DNA of 64,000 nt from Bugula neritina. Its lineage: Eukaryota > Animalia > Bryozoa. A model generated the notes under the pieces. The model had not been told where the DNA came from. It worked only from the letters and a program-made list of their open reading frames with translations, and searched no databases. Position 1 is the stretch's first letter; every line of letters starts with the position of its first letter. Below are positions 60,424-64,000 of this stretch, piece after piece. The position numbers were made by a program, and so were the translations under genes. Location of the stretch: NCBI GenBank assembly GCA_964035545.1, contig OZ037766.1, positions 24,296,126-24,360,125 on the forward strand, read 5' to 3'.

Positions 60424-63400
60424 AAAGTAAAGCTTTGAAAGTAGCTCAGGTTTATACAAACCGGTATAATACTAGAAACAGACAATAATTTAGCATGCTG
60501 ATTTGTCTGATGCTACTTTTAGGCAAATTTTCATAAAAGCTCGTTGCAGAAGCTTTCTTTAAAATTATGTTACAATCCTTATTTGTTAAAAGTAATATAC
60601 ATCATCAAATATTTGTGAACTTTTGAACTCATTACCAAAATATTTAGATCACAATCAAAAATTTTTGATAATCTTCTTTGTGTGCCTTTCATAGCTAAGT
60701 TTACCATTCATGATCAAAGCTTTATTTGTGTATATTCTATCAACTTTGAAACATAGCAGTGGTATTATGTGTTGTCTTTTGTTCGTAATTATATGTGGTT
60801 ATATATAGTATAGCAAATTATAATAGAAATGGTTTAATGCCAAATAAATTAATTTAATTGCTTATTTCACCCATGTCACATTTTCAAAAGAAACAGTTAG
60901 AATGTTAATTGTTATTCTCGGAAACCATTTATTTAAAGTATATAGACAAGTTTTATCTGTAATTCAAATAAAAATTAATAGCTAATAACATGAGAAAAAA
61001 TTAGTGAAAGGAAATTTGAAGCTAAAATAATCCCATTAAAAAAATGAAAAATTTTGATATAAATAATTGTCTTGACTTTTATGCAAGCCTACAATTTCGG
61101 CATCCGTGTATAGACTATAGAATTATTTCATTGTGTAAATGTGTATAGCTTGTAGTGCTTAATATATAGCTCAATTCCACATAAAATTTGAATCAATCAA
61201 TTGAATATGACATTAAAATTGAGAATAATTTCAACCAGAAAAGAGAGATCAAAGCATTCCATGTACTTGCTATCCACATGTTTGAGGCTAAAATAGATGC
61301 AAATAAAAATTAGAAACAAGAACAGCATAGATTATACATTTAATCTAATATAGCATACATATGTTAGAAGAAACAGCTTGATCATTTATATAACATATGC
61401 CATCATACTAGTTAGTATACAAGCTCTTATAACACATATACAGAGCTAATTCATCTGCACACAGCATGTATGTTTTTACTGATCGTTTAAGAGTTTTCTT
61501 ACCACAACACAGCCACCTTACAATACACAAATATCGTCATTCTCATTGTATGTAGCTTTGTTGTTGCAGTAGGACACCAACTCAACACTAGCAACTGATG
61601 ACCTGACACCAGTGGGCATGAGGTAGACAACTCTGAAACAATAAAATGCATAGCACCTGTTGACATTTAATGTAAATAAAGCATTTTTATTTATTTTAAT
61701 AACGTATTTGGTCAATTTGGTGTTTTGGCTATTTGATTTTAATGTAAAAAAACAGAATTGTTGTCTCAAATGACAGATTATTACTTTTTAACTTATCGGT
61801 AACAGAAAAGTTACATAAACAGCTTATGCTCTACATTGGGGAAGTTACGGTAATGTTATCAATAAACTAAAAACATATTTTATATGACAAAATTTCTCAC
61901 TTTCATGTGTGCAAAAAATTTTAATATACAATGAAAATATACATGTATATCAAAGTTTGTTTTACAAATCACTTTTGCTTTAAAAACTAAAAACCCATCC
62001 CAGATTTTGTAATAGGAAGAACACAAATCAGGTAAAAAATTTTTTATTTTGAATTGTGTACTTGAACTCAACTTATTTATGATTTCAACTGCCAATAATT
62101 GCTATGACATCTTGTAATACTAAATAGCCCAATCATATAAGTGATTAAGTACATAAATTAGCTTATTCATAAAATTAGTTTAGTAAATCAGAAAGACCAT
62201 ATGAAATTAATGAGAAATTAAATAGTAGTTTATCAAACCTAAGTGTATGCCAAGTTAAAATGTCAACTATTAATTATAAGCTTTTATGGAGTATTGTTAT
62301 ATTATAGTTACCTCAAGTTCATCAATCTATTGTACATATACAATGCTGTGTTTTTAAAAATTTACTAATCAAATAAATTAAAATTACATGTAGCAAAGTC
62401 ACATAATCATAATAATATTACATTATATTGATGGTCAGGAGAAAAAGAGTGGATCTAAAATATTTTGTACATCATTTCAGGTATCTCTGGAGGTTATAAA
62501 ATATTGACTGGCCATCTTTTAGTAGTGACTGGTATTTATCTGAAACTACAGTAACATGATATACAATAAAATATTTAAATTAAATTTGTTATGTATTTAT
62601 ATACTTTACATACCCCATATAGATACTATACATATACAAATATTACACATATAAATATCAATTAATACTACATATATAAACTCCACTCACTGCAATAAAA
62701 TACATAGAAGGAATCAGAAAACAAACACATTTTTAAACTGAAGCTGTCCAGTATACAATTGTTTGAAATAACAGATATAACTTGTCATAAAATGAAAGCA
62801 AATATCCACAGATGTTTATATTGCATGTATTTAGATTATGTTGATTTTCTGTAAATTATCAATTAATTACTAGACAGATAAACCTTTTAGAAGACGCCAG
62901 TGTATTAATTGTATTTTTGTAATGGACTTTTAAAAGAAGACAAAATTCTCATTTAATTGTTCTCAAAATTAATATTTGCTAAACTTTCAATGCTTGTTTT
63001 ATACTGAATTTAACTTATCAAAACAATATGTAATTAAATTTATGCAGCAGTTAGAAGTAACTTATTTTGAGTCTACAAAGTTAGGCTGTGTTAACTGCTA
63101 AAAGAAATTAAAAATTGATAATCATGTCTGTTCTAGAATTTTTAACACTTTATAATTTATTAGCTTGCGTACTTACATGTAGCAACATTCTCTTTACTTG
63201 CTACCTCAGAGAGCCTTTTGAAACATTTCAAATATATCATATTTGTTATTGTTATTATTATGGTATTATGGAAATTATTAATCTCATTCATGATAATAAT
63301 ATTATTATGCTGCATTAGGAAACACTCATAATTGGTAGTTGTCGTCTTTTTATTTTCTTAATAAGCAAAATGGAATCGATGAATGGTATTTTAGTTTTAG

Positions 63401-63691
63401 TTTACAGTCTGGGACAATGGTCTGCGATTTCAGGTTACTTGTTAATGTCCGTATGATTGTTTTTGATTGAAATTATTGCTTTAGTTTATTTGCAATATAA
63501 ATAACATTACTAAAATGTATTCCAATTTTTGTGAAAAAGATATTTATTTACTGCATAAGCAACTTGCCTGCAAATTTAGTGTATAATTCAAGTACACCCC
63601 TAATATTATAAATTATTTTAATAAATTCAACGACTGCTGGCGTTAGTGAGCATATTTTTCACATTTTTCATATTTTTAGAGGTTGGTGACG

Positions 63692-63826
63692 ATGGCAGAC
63701 CAAGTTTCAGAGAACCAAAGTCAAAATGCTTCAACTTCTGGAATAACAGCAGAAACTCCTGCCAGCAATAACCCTTTATCTCGAAAATTGAAAAAAGTCT
63801 TAGACACTCGGCTAGATAATGATAAG
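63692..63826 (+). CDS. COG6: Conserved oligomeric Golgi complex subunit 6, first coding exon (gene continues beyond the window)
   Basis: MADQVSENQ..ASNNPLSRKLKKVLDTRLDNDK followed by GT; matches the COG6 N-terminal motif NPLSRKLxKILxTRLDNDK as I recall it. Confidence 0.88.
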
Positions 63827-64000
63827 GTATACTAGACTCAAAGTGAAAGTGAAAGTGTTGTAGTTTTCATTTTTGTTCTAACTATTACATTTACTATGCA
63901 TTTTCATTTTTATTTTGATCTTTATTTTAAATTTATTTTGTATTTTCATTGTTTGTTTTAAATTCAAATTGTTATTAAAAATTTGGGTTTAAACTTGAAT

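Noticed and set aside
61200-63240. Possible small minus-strand gene divergent from COG6 (exon-like pieces near 63240-63177, 62539-62471, 61632-61522 and 61287)
   Set aside because: Splice-like borders exist, but I could not join them into one stop-free frame or recognise a product; RNA-seq is needed.

Overview
AT-rich, intron-containing animal (probably invertebrate) genomic DNA. Most exons below were assembled by hand from GT-AG sites and reading phase, because the ORF track misses them. Left to right: (1) a minus-strand membrane mucin gene (signal peptide, 3 EGF domains, two Thr-rich 7-aa VNTR blocks each followed by a SEA-like module with an RxKR site, TM, cytoplasmic tail; last exon probably off the left edge), plus an inverted pseudogenised copy of its 3' end; (2) AIMP1/p43; (3) a cluster of five paralogous type I membrane proteins sharing a single-exon NHL-like beta-propeller ectodomain but with very different tails (Tyr-rich, ITAM-like, ITIM+YEEI, YEEI, polybasic NLS-like), a candidate paired-receptor immune or allorecognition locus; (4) a multi-exon adenylate-forming acyl-CoA synthetase-family gene; (5) the first coding exon of COG6. 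Non-coding DNA holds a hammerhead-ribozyme repeat with a 272-nt unit (retrozyme/Penelope-like), a 92-bp perfect palindrome carrying a second hammerhead-like core, two tRNA-derived SINE families, MITEs, a BEL/Pao relic, microsatellites and a mosaic hexamer tract.
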